The notes under the pieces: model-generated
Database searches by the model: none
Seen by the model: only the letters and a program-made list of their open reading frames with translations
What the model was told of the DNA's origin: nothing
Translations under genes and position numbers: made by a program
DNA from: Eshraghiella crossota
Lineage (GTDB): Bacteria; Bacillota; Clostridia; Christensenellales; CAG-917
Direction of reading: 5' to 3'
Length of the DNA: 64,000 bases
Assembly (NCBI GenBank): GCA_963590075.1
Contig: CAVANK010000006.1
Location: 1,082-65,081, forward strand
Shown here: positions 26,529-36,697 of the stretch, piece by piece
How the letters are laid out: every line of letters begins with the position of its first letter
Position numbering within the stretch: the stretch's first letter is position 1

Positions 26529-29500
26529 TCAATTATTAAGAGAAAATTTTTCGCCGACTTTGAACGCGCCTTGGCTGGTGCTTTGATCCAGCGTCGTCGA
26601 GGTGCATACGAGCGTGTCCGCAAGCGATACGTCGCTCACTTTGAAGATGAATTGCGCTCCGTTTATATTGACCGTGACAACGTTTCCGCTCACCGCATAC
26701 GTGCCACTGCCGACAAACGAGGGGTTGTATTTCTCCGTGCAGTATCCATCCCCGCTGTCATGTTCCGCCGATACCGACGTGACGGCCACCGTGCCGTCTT
26801 TGCCAAAGGCAAACGTTGTGGTGACGGAGTACGGATATGTTCCCGTCTCGTCGTTCGGGCAAATAAATATGTATTGCACCGCATACGTCTTGCCCTCCGT
26901 CAAAGTGTTGTCGAGCCTGATACTGCTTGTCTTGTACGTCCCCTTGTACGAGTCTGTCACAAGTACGTGCATATCTGCGCCTATCGAAACGAGCAAAGAT
27001 CCGTCCGTATTGATTGTGTACGTTCCACTATTCGTGCCAAGCATCACCTTGCCAAAACCGTCTATAATTAGGTCGGGCGCGCCCTCGCTCGTGTACGTGC
27101 CTCTGTATGCGTCGGCTACCGCAAGACCGCTTGTTTCGTTGCCCCATTCGACAATCTTGACGACGTACGCCTTGCCGTCTACGGCAAATGTCACTATTGC
27201 TCCGTTGTCGTATCCGTTACCCGATAAGGTCTGTGCGTCGGTGAGTTGCGATATCGTGCCCGTTGCCGACGTCGAGAACAAATACGTTGTCTCGTCTCCG
27301 CAAGTGATCTTCCTTATCACCGCGCCGACGCCACCCACCGTCTCAACGGTGCCCGTTGTGAAATAGTCACTCATCAACGCCGATCCCGTCACTCTTACGG
27401 ATACCAAACCGCCGATTACACGAGTGCATGCAACATGCACGCCGTTGCCCGTTGCGCTCTTGAGCGATGCGTGAAACTCGTTTTCGTTGGAAAGATTGAC
27501 GTAACCCGTGTATTTCTCTCCACAATCAAACGTCGCCCTGCCATATTTGTCTATGGTGAGCGTATTGCCGGTACCCGACACGCTCTTGTATACCACCGGC
27601 GTACTGCTTGCGTTTATCCACGCGCTAGTTAGATAAAGCTTGTTATACAATATTTGCACCGAATAATATGCCGTAATCGACTCACCGTTCAGTTCGAGCG
27701 TAACGCCGAATTGGTAGAAGCCCGGGGTTGTCCATTTCACGGCAGTAATATCCGTGGCGGCTTGCTTTTGAGCTACACTCAATTCCCCGTCCGCAGTGAC
27801 GATGTGAAGTGCGTTGAAGAATGTCGTTTTGGATGCCGTCTCGTTTACAAAAATCCTTTCGTCAAGACTGACGAGCGCACCGCTTGTGATATGTTGTGAG
27901 TTTGTAAACTCCGCCCCTGCGAAGTCGCCACCGTCCATGTGTTTGACGGTAAGCACGTTTCCGAACGCCGCCGGATAGAACGTCGCCTTATCGCCGTATG
28001 CAAAATTGTACGGCGCGTCTATAAACTTGACCGTTATCTCATTGGCGATTTTTGTGTAGGAAAGGCTCACTTTTGTATAGCTTGTGCCATCCATTTTGAT
28101 GATACCGGTGCCGTAGCCGTCTAGGTAGATATATTTGTCCTGATACTCGTAATATCCGTATAGATTGTCCTTGTCGATATATTCGAACGTATTGTTTTCC
28201 ACGTCGAGCTTGAACTTGTACGAATAATAGTCGTTCTCGTATTTGTAAAGGAACACTATATCGTTATCATAATCGAATCCGCCGTTTACCATAGAGCCTA
28301 CATCGGACGAACTGAGCCCCGAAAGGATTGTTTTGCTGTTTGCCTTAAGCGTAACCCATTCTTTCGAATCAAAGGAAAGTTTTGCTTTGCTATCGCCGTC
28401 GAACGTGCCTATAAAAGTCATACCTGCATATTTCTTCTGATCGACATTCTGTTGCACCTTCGCATTAGACGCGGTTGACATGGTGAAGTCATACTCCGTT
28501 CCGTCGTACGTCAACGTAGAAGATACGCCGGATGCAGGAACGAAATCGTCGGGATAACTTGCCTCGCCGAAACTCACGCTATAAATGCTATCCGACGAGA
28601 TTCTGGAAACAAGCTTTACGTACAATCCAAACCACTTGACCTCGTCTCCGCCAACCCTTGCGACTTCGAACGTGTCTATAGAATAACAAGTCGTATCCAC
28701 GGAAAGCACGTAATTTTTGCCTGAATTGACAATGACGTGTTTTTTAAGTTCCCACTCTTTTTCGCTGAAATACACAAGCGGACGTTTGGTGTCGCTGAAA
28801 CTCATTCTCAACGAATTGTCAGGGTTGAGGAACACGATGCCGTCGTCAATGTACATATCGTATTTATCTGAACGTGTTGCGATGACGAGATTCTTTTCCG
28901 ATATGCATTCAATGACGGTTGCCGTCATACCATTCACGGTAATACTTCCGTCGCGCGAGAACGTCATATCTTTGAGCGTCGCAACCGACTTTGGTTCCTC
29001 TTCATAGTCATCGCCGTCGCTGTAATACATATCGTCATCACTACTGTCCCACGTACCGGAGTCCGTATTGACCGCACTCGGAATAGTGGTCATATTCGTC
29101 TTGTACGTACCTACGATATCATCGGAAAATACGATGACTTTTGCCGTTGCTACCACTCCGAGATAATCGATAGTTACGGTATAAACACCTGCTTTGAAGG
29201 TGTCAACCTTACCTTCTACCATATCTGCGGCAACTTCGATATAGTCGTTGCCGTCTTTAATTGTGAACAAATCCGCCACATAAACCGTATCACCGACAAA
29301 CACCACTTTGTTGTTGGGGATAATGTCTACGCCGGATTTGACTCTTACGTCAAATTCGACATATACGGGCGTCGTATCCACACCTTCGGGATACACCGCG
29401 ATTTTGACGTGTTGAGTGCCGATTTCGCTAAAATCTATGGGCGTTGAAACAAGTTGCGCCCACACAGCCAACGGATCTCTCTTTGCTATTTCCCTGTCGG

Positions 29501-30968
29501 GAACCGCGTTTTTCTTTATTCCGTTTACTCTTACGGCTACGTTTTGAAACACGTTGTACGATTCAGTCCCCTGCGCAAGAGTTACTTCCTGTTGTACAAC
29601 AGACAATTCGTACGTATTTTCTTTTACGACGTAAGTAATAGTCTTTTCCTCGTCCGTTAAAGTCATGGACGAACTTGCCCTGTACGGAATGCGAACAGTC
29701 ACGTCATACGAGCCGACTGTGTCAAAATCGACATTCGTCGTATCGATATGGAAGTTTGCGCCGTCGCCATAAGTTATAAACGAGAATACGAGCCCGTTTA
29801 CCAACACGGAAACGTCCCCGGCAAAATTGTATGCGATTTTGTTTGTGCCTTTTTTGACGATAATCGTATCACCCTTAATAAGGTCAATCAGCACTCCGCG
29901 TTTGACGGTAACAGTTGCCGTGGCGGTTTGCCCTTTATACGTCAAGACTATGTTGTTTATACCCTCGTTTGAATAGTCAATTTCTCCCCTGATCATATCG
30001 ATATCGACGGGAACGTCCGCATCGCCTTCTTTTATCGCGAACAGCGTCGTGAGATCAATATCTCCGCTATTGGGGTACGTATCGATGTTTTTTGCGGTTA
30101 TGTTCACCTCCGCGGGCGCAACGACTTTGACTTTTGCAACGCTTGTTTCTACGTCGAATTCTTCGCTGTATCTGTACGACAAAGACACATCGTAAACATT
30201 GCCCTCTTCAACGCTTGAACTATCCGAAAGCGCGCCAATATCGAGCATACTCTCTTCCACCTTAACGGCAATGCCGTCAACGTATAGCGAAAACAACTCG
30301 GTAAAATCAAACGAGTTTAATTGAGATTTTTCAATAGAATATTCGTTGTAAGAATTGACGATTTCCACACGGTGAGCCTCGCTGACGTGTACAATCAACG
30401 ATTTGGTGATGCCGTGATAGGTTACGCTATACGTATAGTCGCCCACGTCGCGTTTCACGCCGTTGCGAATCATATCGTCTTCGATTTGCACCTTTTCCCC
30501 GTCTGCCGTAGCGTTGAAAAGCGCAAGAAAATCGAATCCGTCGTCAATTTGAATTTGCGTAAGCGTTATTTCGCTCTTTGAAAGTGCAAGAGCGTATCGT
30601 ATTGCCTCTATCTTGACATTGCAAGTCGCGCTCTTTTCGCCATATGTGCAAACGACGTATCCTTCGTCTTCGGTATTTTGCGGAAGATGACTCAAATCGA
30701 GATATGCCGATTGAATCAAGATCTGACTATCGTCAACCTTGATGACGAAAAGCGTGGTAAAGTCAAAATCCGCGAAATCGCTTTCGTGGATAAGTATAGA
30801 CTCCTGTTTTACGCTTACGACTATCTCCTCTGAAGGTTGAGGATCGGGTGGCACCGGGGTGGGGATAACGTCATCCCCTCCCCCATTGCTTCCGTCGTCG
30901 CATCCCGCAAATGTCAAGGCGGTCAATATCAATATTAAAGCAACGATTATCAGTAATTTTCTTTTCAT
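26529..30968 (-). CDS. Giant surface lipoprotein (1479 aa) with N-terminal tandem Ig-like repeats
   Basis: Lipobox FAGC. About 7-8 modules of roughly 90 aa with the pattern DF-F--LF ... G-Y-V---Y-G, resembling DUF5011/Big-type Ig folds. The C-terminal 800 aa are unassigned. Confidence 0.85.
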   Translation of the reverse strand: MKRKLLIIVALILILTALTFAGCDDGSNGGGDDVIPTPVPPDPQPSEEIVVSVKQESILIHESDFADFDFTTLFVIKVDDSQILIQSAYLDLSHLPQNTEDEGYVVCTYGEKSATCNVKIEAIRYALALSKSEITLTQIQIDDGFDFLALFNATADGEKVQIEDDMIRNGVKRDVGDYTYSVTYHGITKSLIVHVSEAHRVEIVNSYNEYSIEKSQLNSFDFTELFSLYVDGIAVKVEESMLDIGALSDSSSVEEGNVYDVSLSYRYSEEFDVETSVAKVKVVAPAEVNITAKNIDTYPNSGDIDLTTLFAIKEGDADVPVDIDMIRGEIDYSNEGINNIVLTYKGQTATATVTVKRGVLIDLIKGDTIIVKKGTNKIAYNFAGDVSVLVNGLVFSFITYGDGANFHIDTTNVDFDTVGSYDVTVRIPYRASSSMTLTDEEKTITYVVKENTYELSVVQQEVTLAQGTESYNVFQNVAVRVNGIKKNAVPDREIAKRDPLAVWAQLVSTPIDFSEIGTQHVKIAVYPEGVDTTPVYVEFDVRVKSGVDIIPNNKVVFVGDTVYVADLFTIKDGNDYIEVAADMVEGKVDTFKAGVYTVTIDYLGVVATAKVIVFSDDIVGTYKTNMTTIPSAVNTDSGTWDSSDDDMYYSDGDDYEEEPKSVATLKDMTFSRDGSITVNGMTATVIECISEKNLVIATRSDKYDMYIDDGIVFLNPDNSLRMSFSDTKRPLVYFSEKEWELKKHVIVNSGKNYVLSVDTTCYSIDTFEVARVGGDEVKWFGLYVKLVSRISSDSIYSVSFGEASYPDDFVPASGVSSTLTYDGTEYDFTMSTASNAKVQQNVDQKKYAGMTFIGTFDGDSKAKLSFDSKEWVTLKANSKTILSGLSSSDVGSMVNGGFDYDNDIVFLYKYENDYYSYKFKLDVENNTFEYIDKDNLYGYYEYQDKYIYLDGYGTGIIKMDGTSYTKVSLSYTKIANEITVKFIDAPYNFAYGDKATFYPAAFGNVLTVKHMDGGDFAGAEFTNSQHITSGALVSLDERIFVNETASKTTFFNALHIVTADGELSVAQKQAATDITAVKWTTPGFYQFGVTLELNGESITAYYSVQILYNKLYLTSAWINASSTPVVYKSVSGTGNTLTIDKYGRATFDCGEKYTGYVNLSNENEFHASLKSATGNGVHVACTRVIGGLVSVRVTGSALMSDYFTTGTVETVGGVGAVIRKITCGDETTYLFSTSATGTISQLTDAQTLSGNGYDNGAIVTFAVDGKAYVVKIVEWGNETSGLAVADAYRGTYTSEGAPDLIIDGFGKVMLGTNSGTYTINTDGSLLVSIGADMHVLVTDSYKGTYKTSSIRLDNTLTEGKTYAVQYIFICPNDETGTYPYSVTTTFAFGKDGTVAVTSVSAEHDSGDGYCTEKYNPSFVGSGTYAVSGNVVTVNINGAQFIFKVSDVSLADTLVCTSTTLDQSTSQGAFKVGEKFSLNN

Positions 30969-31004
30969 AATATCGACTCCGACATTATCGGCTATTTTCC
31001 CGGA

Positions 31005-33674
31005 TTATGCGTAATCCTCGTTGTTGTAGATTTCAATCCAGAAGTGTCTTGTATGGTTGTTGGTGATTTTTATGGTGATTTCAGAGTTTGCAAACACCAT
31101 CTTTCTGTCAGATTTACCCGTTGCTCCACCCGTCGTATCCGATCCGGAATCGCTATAGGTAAAGCCCGCCGCCGTCAATACTTGCTTGATCTTTGCCTCG
31201 AAATCGGCAAAGCCCGCTTGCAGGTTACCCTTTTCGTCAAGATAATCGTTCGGAGCTTGCGTCGTCAAACTGATATAATCGGTATAATCTGTCGTACCGT
31301 CCGCCAATTTCTCGTCATCGTAATTGTAGAAGGCGTTGATGCTGTCACCGAAGATTTGTCTGAGCGTAGCCAAAGATACAAATTTATCAGAAGTTGCGTC
31401 CAATCCGTAAATATCGCTGATTATCTTTGCAAAGTCTGCGGTGTGATCGCAAGTGCCGGACTTGTGATACTTATCGTTTCCTTCCGCATTTGCGTTGTAG
31501 CAAGCGTACTTTGACAAATCGCTGGTGTGCAAGTAATAGTATTTGTCGGTTGACATGTCTTTCCATTCGGGCAACACTCTTGCCTGATATCCGTCAAACT
31601 CGTCGGTGAACGCCGTCGTTCCGATATCCGAATACGTCGTTTCGACGTAGCCGAACCAACTTCCGTATGTATACGGATAGGATGCGGAAACCACCGTGCC
31701 CGTCTCCGTATCAACCGTAATGGTGAGTTGATATGCGGACGACGATACCGTGTTCTTTGCATTGGAGTGCATACTGAACTCTTTTGCGATTTCGCCCATT
31801 ATCTGGCTGTCGCGCAAAACGTACACCGCATATACAACGGTTTTACCATCGACTACTTTTCTGACGTCACCGTCAAATTTGAATACGTTTGCGGAGAAAT
31901 TCCATTGCGGAATTATATCCGCGATAGTGCCCGCATATTGCGTTTTGCCCACAAGTTTCTTTTGCGTTGCATCATACGTAAAGTAATCGTAAGTGTCCGT
32001 CGTAACTTGCTTGTATCCGTCGTACTCTATCTTGTATTGATAGTCCATATAGTTTTGATACTCGGACGTTTCTTTGAGCAAAATCGCATCCGACGTTATG
32101 CGCCCCACAATACCGACGGTACCCTTGCTGGCTGTCGTCGGGAAAGATGCGGACGTGGATGCGCTCATATCGTAATCGCTTGAATCATAATCGGGGCTTA
32201 CCGTTGCAATTTCTTTTGCGTCAAACGTATAATTGGTCGCCTCTTTCATCTTTGCGATTGCGTTTGCGAGATCTTGATTATCTTCGGTATCGAGATACAC
32301 TTCGGGATCGGTAATTTCCGTCGTGCCGATATCCGAGAACGTAAGCTCTACCGTCGTATATGCGACATTGCCGTTGTCTCCCGTCTGAGTCTCAGTCTTT
32401 GCAATCATCTTGGTAATTGCACCGTTTTCCATCTTGAACGACACTTCGTCGAGAGTATCTTCGAGGAGCGGAGTAAGGCTGTAAGAAAGGTAAGTCAAAA
32501 GATAATAATCGCTATCGTCTTTGACCTTTACTATGTTGTTCTCCACCGTATACCACTCGTACGTGAACACGTCGTTGTCTGCGTCATAAACAAACTTGTT
32601 GTTGAAATCGGTTGCCATATCCGACAAATGGTTCCACAAATGTTGATTTTCCCAGATGAGCGGATTGCTCATAGAGTCGCTTTCTACCTTTGTGGCAACT
32701 TCGTTGTTCTTGTTGATATATATTCTTTCAAGTGCGTGTCCGCCCTCGTTCACGTTGCTTTCATTGTCGGTATACGTATACGTGGCATCGGTGCCTTTGC
32801 GGTAGTTGTCGTAGATTTTGTTGTATTCTTTTCCGTCTGCATACCACTCGCCGTACCATTTGTCGGTATCCATCTTAACAACGCTGTGATACACGTTGTT
32901 TTCGTTATTCGAACTATCACTGCCGTCAATGTAGACGTCTGTAATAGTACCATTAACCGTGATGTTATCTCCGCCGAGCCCTTTGAGAAGAGCGGTTGTA
33001 AACGTATTGCCGTTTGCGCCTTTAATCTCGCCTTCCTTTTCAACGGCACTCACGTAGTATTTTCTTTCCGCCGTGACGTTCGGGTAGTCTTTAAGCTTTG
33101 CCGTGATGGTAAGAGGCATCGTATATTCAGGCGTTGAAATGATGCTCACGGTGTTTCCGCTTACGCTTGCCAGCTCGGTGTTGCTTACATCGATGATGGC
33201 TTCACTGCCGTCCGAAACTGTGGCATTGATAACGACGGTATCGCCTTCTTTGAGCTTTTTACCCGAAGGAGTCTTGGAAGATATCACGAGCGTAGGAGTC
33301 GTGGCCGGTGCTTTCACTACAAAACTAACCGATTTCGTATAATTGGGGAAACGATTGACTTTGACAATCAACTTAATTTCCGTATCAACGGTCGGGTTTT
33401 TGAGGATTTGCATCTTCTTTCCGTTAATTTTTGCGAGTTTTTCGTTGTCTACGTAAACGGTGTACGCACTGTTGTCGGACACCGAAACCAGGAAGGTAAC
33501 TTCGTCACCGCTTGACAATTCGGCACCACCGTCGGGATCTGTTACGATGCTTATAGTCGGCAATGTCTCGTCTTCTTTGTCATCGCATGCAACGAGAGTG
33601 AGTACCATGCTTGCAAGCAACAATACGCAAACAAGCGTTATTACGCTTTTCTTAATTCTTTTGCGTGTTTCCAT
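31005..33674 (-). CDS. Surface lipoprotein (889 aa): Ig-like repeats plus a two-lobed domain of unknown function; paralog of 33762..36113
   Basis: Lipobox LVAC. Two lobes end in TFSDIGTT and TYSDIGTT. Confidence 0.8.
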   Translation of the reverse strand: METRKRIKKSVITLVCVLLLASMVLTLVACDDKEDETLPTISIVTDPDGGAELSSGDEVTFLVSVSDNSAYTVYVDNEKLAKINGKKMQILKNPTVDTEIKLIVKVNRFPNYTKSVSFVVKAPATTPTLVISSKTPSGKKLKEGDTVVINATVSDGSEAIIDVSNTELASVSGNTVSIISTPEYTMPLTITAKLKDYPNVTAERKYYVSAVEKEGEIKGANGNTFTTALLKGLGGDNITVNGTITDVYIDGSDSSNNENNVYHSVVKMDTDKWYGEWYADGKEYNKIYDNYRKGTDATYTYTDNESNVNEGGHALERIYINKNNEVATKVESDSMSNPLIWENQHLWNHLSDMATDFNNKFVYDADNDVFTYEWYTVENNIVKVKDDSDYYLLTYLSYSLTPLLEDTLDEVSFKMENGAITKMIAKTETQTGDNGNVAYTTVELTFSDIGTTEITDPEVYLDTEDNQDLANAIAKMKEATNYTFDAKEIATVSPDYDSSDYDMSASTSASFPTTASKGTVGIVGRITSDAILLKETSEYQNYMDYQYKIEYDGYKQVTTDTYDYFTYDATQKKLVGKTQYAGTIADIIPQWNFSANVFKFDGDVRKVVDGKTVVYAVYVLRDSQIMGEIAKEFSMHSNAKNTVSSSAYQLTITVDTETGTVVSASYPYTYGSWFGYVETTYSDIGTTAFTDEFDGYQARVLPEWKDMSTDKYYYLHTSDLSKYACYNANAEGNDKYHKSGTCDHTADFAKIISDIYGLDATSDKFVSLATLRQIFGDSINAFYNYDDEKLADGTTDYTDYISLTTQAPNDYLDEKGNLQAGFADFEAKIKQVLTAAGFTYSDSGSDTTGGATGKSDRKMVFANSEITIKITNNHTRHFWIEIYNNEDYA

Positions 33675-33761
33675 TGTTTGTTCTCCTTTTATGCAAATTT
33701 TATTTTTTCTTTTTATAATCGTGCACCTTGGGGAGCGTGGCTCCCCTCCTGCGTTGATTTG

Positions 33762-36113
33762 TCAGTCTTTCCATATATAGATGACAAAATCGAGGCTTTG
33801 ATCGGTAGGAGCATACCAGATGCCGTTCGCTTCATCGTGATACTCGTCGTATTCGTTGCGCACAAAGCCTTTTTGGGCAAGCAATTCTCTCACCGAGGTG
33901 AGCGTGGAATTGATCGTATAATCAGTGTCGAGAGGCACGTCGTAGTACAGACACAACGCTTGCTTTGCTTGTTTTTGTCCGCCCGGTATCTTGGTGAGCG
34001 TCATGCCGAAGCCATAGGTATCGCCCAACACGTCGCCGAAGAACGGGACTATCTCGTCTGCGTTGTCTTTGCCGAAAAACTCTTTGAGGTAATCGCTCGC
34101 ATTGACTTCGACATCGTCTTCCGTAGTGGATGATTCCTCGTCGCTCTTTATCATCGTCAATTGGCTCCACTCCGTCGGTACTTGTCTTACGTCAAAACTA
34201 ACGTTTACCCCATCCGGCGTCGTCGTAGCGTTGAAATCGGAATATTCGATTGTCACTACGCCGAACATCGTGCCGAGGTAGAAGTAGAAGCAAGACGTTG
34301 TGATATAACCGTCTTTGACCACTACAAACGGAGTAAACGTCGTATTTATCAACATTCCCTTCGTCGCAAATATTCCGTAGAGGTTGATATCGTTGCCGAC
34401 GCCGTAGAAGAATGTGGACGCCACACCGCACATCGCCTCGTTGACGTAATACGTGTAGGTGTCGTTTTCCTCGTCATAAGCATAACTCGTAAAAATCTCC
34501 GACGAGAATGCGAAGCTCGGTCTTGCATTTTCAAACGACTTTTGATATGCACGAGTCGCTTTATACGTCGTGGGATCGCTCTCTTCTGCTTTAGTCTCTT
34601 CGCTAAATGCGTTGTAGAGATTGTCGCTTATCTTCTTATAACCGTAGGATGCGTTCTCGGCGTACGTACGCGTCTCGTTTTGACCATTGTCGTACTTCAC
34701 CGTATACGGTGTAAAATAGCAAAGATCATTCGTAATCGTCTCGACGAAACCCTTGTAAGCCGTTCCGTATTGCGAGCTTGTAGCCTCGTAGAAATCAAGC
34801 GTATAGTTCTCAAGCGCGCGCATATTGTCTATTGCGTTTTGCAATGTTTCAAACGCCTTGTTATGTTCTTCTCCGTGAGAGAATTTGCTTATCGTCGGCA
34901 CACTCACGCCATCGCTCGTGTCAACGGCGACGTAAAGTTCTTGTACGGCCTTGTAGCCTTGCACTATCTGATAATCGTCGTTGCTTTGTGCGTAGATTCC
35001 GAGAATCTCGCCACTGTCGATAATAAGTCCCCATTTCTTGATTGAGAAATCGTACGGAGTCATTGCCGAGATGAGCAGTTTGGAACGGCTTTCGTCGCCC
35101 TTGTACATCCATCTCCACGCTTCTGTATCAAATTCGAAATCGTCAATCGAAAGCCCCTTAAGACTGTTGTACAATCCGGCGTTCGTCCACGAAACCGTCT
35201 GATTGTCGTCGTCGAGCATGGGAACATATTGCTCTTCGTTCATGAAGTTGACGCCTATTTGATTGGCTTTGCCTTCAATGTTTTTAAAGTACAACCCCGT
35301 CTTTACGCCCGTGGAAGAATCCTCGTATTCGGCATACCAGTTGGTGCCGTCCATCGCCGTTCTCAAAGGCACGGTAACGGTTCTATAGAACTTGCCGTAC
35401 AAGTCCGTTTTATAAAGGTCTATCTTTTCGTATCCATCAAAAGCAACTTTGTCTTGAGACAAGACGTCAAGCATATCTTGCGTGAGATCCGTCTTTGCGA
35501 CGATCAACACTTTCTGTTCCGCATAGCAAGCGGTGTTTTCCGTACTTGTCGCAACGATTGTGATATTTTTATCACCCGTAACTTCGTTTGCGGTGACTTT
35601 GCCGGTGCCGTCAATCGTAGCGTAGTCTTTGCCTTTTGAAATCGACCACGTAATTTCGCCTTCTTTTGCTTCGACGCCGTCGATATACGCTTTGTAAGTT
35701 ACGCTCTTTCCGCTATTGATTTCCGCAGTTTTGGAGATACTGACTTTCACTTCTTGCGGTTTTGGCGTAACGCCTTTGCCCTTAAAGAAGCCTTCTTCGC
35801 TCTTTGCGGAGTTATTGCAACCGTTTGCCTTTGCGTATACGCTGTAACGGATATCGTTTACGAGCAAACTTTGTGCCACTTGATAGGACGTGCCGGTAGT
35901 CTCGAACTCGCTTCCGTTGAGCACCACCACGTAGGACGTTGCGTTTTGCACCGCCGTCCAAGAGATAACACCCGCGTCGGACATTTCGACGTTTTGCGGA
36001 GTTGCGAGCGTCGTAGGCGTGTCCGAACCGCCTTTATCGTCGCACGCAACAAATGCCGTGAGCGCGCACACGACAATAAGTGCTATTGCCAATACGTAAT
36101 TAAACTTTTTCAT
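33762..36113 (-). CDS. Surface lipoprotein (784 aa): Fn3-like plus Big_2-like domains plus a two-lobed domain of unknown function
   Basis: Start moved to MKKFNYVLAIALIVVCALTAFVAC (lipobox) with an AAGGAG RBS. The track ORF has a 63-aa Arg/Lys-rich extension that overlaps the upstream gene. Confidence 0.8.
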   Translation of the reverse strand: MKKFNYVLAIALIVVCALTAFVACDDKGGSDTPTTLATPQNVEMSDAGVISWTAVQNATSYVVVLNGSEFETTGTSYQVAQSLLVNDIRYSVYAKANGCNNSAKSEEGFFKGKGVTPKPQEVKVSISKTAEINSGKSVTYKAYIDGVEAKEGEITWSISKGKDYATIDGTGKVTANEVTGDKNITIVATSTENTACYAEQKVLIVAKTDLTQDMLDVLSQDKVAFDGYEKIDLYKTDLYGKFYRTVTVPLRTAMDGTNWYAEYEDSSTGVKTGLYFKNIEGKANQIGVNFMNEEQYVPMLDDDNQTVSWTNAGLYNSLKGLSIDDFEFDTEAWRWMYKGDESRSKLLISAMTPYDFSIKKWGLIIDSGEILGIYAQSNDDYQIVQGYKAVQELYVAVDTSDGVSVPTISKFSHGEEHNKAFETLQNAIDNMRALENYTLDFYEATSSQYGTAYKGFVETITNDLCYFTPYTVKYDNGQNETRTYAENASYGYKKISDNLYNAFSEETKAEESDPTTYKATRAYQKSFENARPSFAFSSEIFTSYAYDEENDTYTYYVNEAMCGVASTFFYGVGNDINLYGIFATKGMLINTTFTPFVVVKDGYITTSCFYFYLGTMFGVVTIEYSDFNATTTPDGVNVSFDVRQVPTEWSQLTMIKSDEESSTTEDDVEVNASDYLKEFFGKDNADEIVPFFGDVLGDTYGFGMTLTKIPGGQKQAKQALCLYYDVPLDTDYTINSTLTSVRELLAQKGFVRNEYDEYHDEANGIWYAPTDQSLDFVIYIWKD

Positions 36114-36127
36114 ACGCACTCTCCTTC

Positions 36128-36682
36128 TCAATAGTTGAATTCGTGTACGATTTGGACGTGTTTGCCGTCTTTCGTATCGAATTCGCAAGTGATTTTCGTA
36201 AGCGTTTTCTTTTCGAACTCGCACGTGATATTTGCGTTTCCGCCAATCTCGTATGCGCCGAGTTTCATAACGCTTGCGAAGTCTTCCGCGCTTACGGTGC
36301 AAGACAACTTATTCGATTCCATTTTCAAGTCGTTTGCACTGTATTGGGAAAGTGATATCGGCAACAATTGCGCTCTGTCAACGCCCGATTTTTGCTCGGT
36401 GTTGGTGTTTTCGGCAAGTTGGAAGCTCGAGTTGAGCGTCTTTTCAACCGTCGTAATATTGGCGTTACTGCCGTCGATCGTCATATTTCTTTGATATTCG
36501 TAGACGAGCACGCCTTGGTCTTGCATAGTAATATGCGAATTAACCGCAGTCACGCTGTCCATAGATTTTGTCATTGCCTCACTGTACTTTTCGAAATCTT
36601 TTATCACGAAATCGCAAGCGCAGAGAGCGAATACGAGGACGAGGATTACCGACGTCAACAATATAACCTTGGTCTTTTTCAT
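36128..36682 (-). CDS. Small lipoprotein (184 aa), unknown function
   Basis: Lipobox LCAC. 15 nt downstream of the protease gene. Confidence 0.7.
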   Translation of the reverse strand: MKKTKVILLTSVILVLVFALCACDFVIKDFEKYSEAMTKSMDSVTAVNSHITMQDQGVLVYEYQRNMTIDGSNANITTVEKTLNSSFQLAENTNTEQKSGVDRAQLLPISLSQYSANDLKMESNKLSCTVSAEDFASVMKLGAYEIGGNANITCEFEKKTLTKITCEFDTKDGKHVQIVHEFNY

Positions 36683-36697
36683 CTTTTCATCCTCCTA

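Noticed and set aside
36114-36302. 63-aa Arg/Lys-rich N-terminal extension of the 784-aa lipoprotein ORF
   Set aside because: It overlaps the upstream gene (36128..36682). An internal ATG at 36113 has an AAGGAG RBS and starts a canonical lipoprotein signal peptide.
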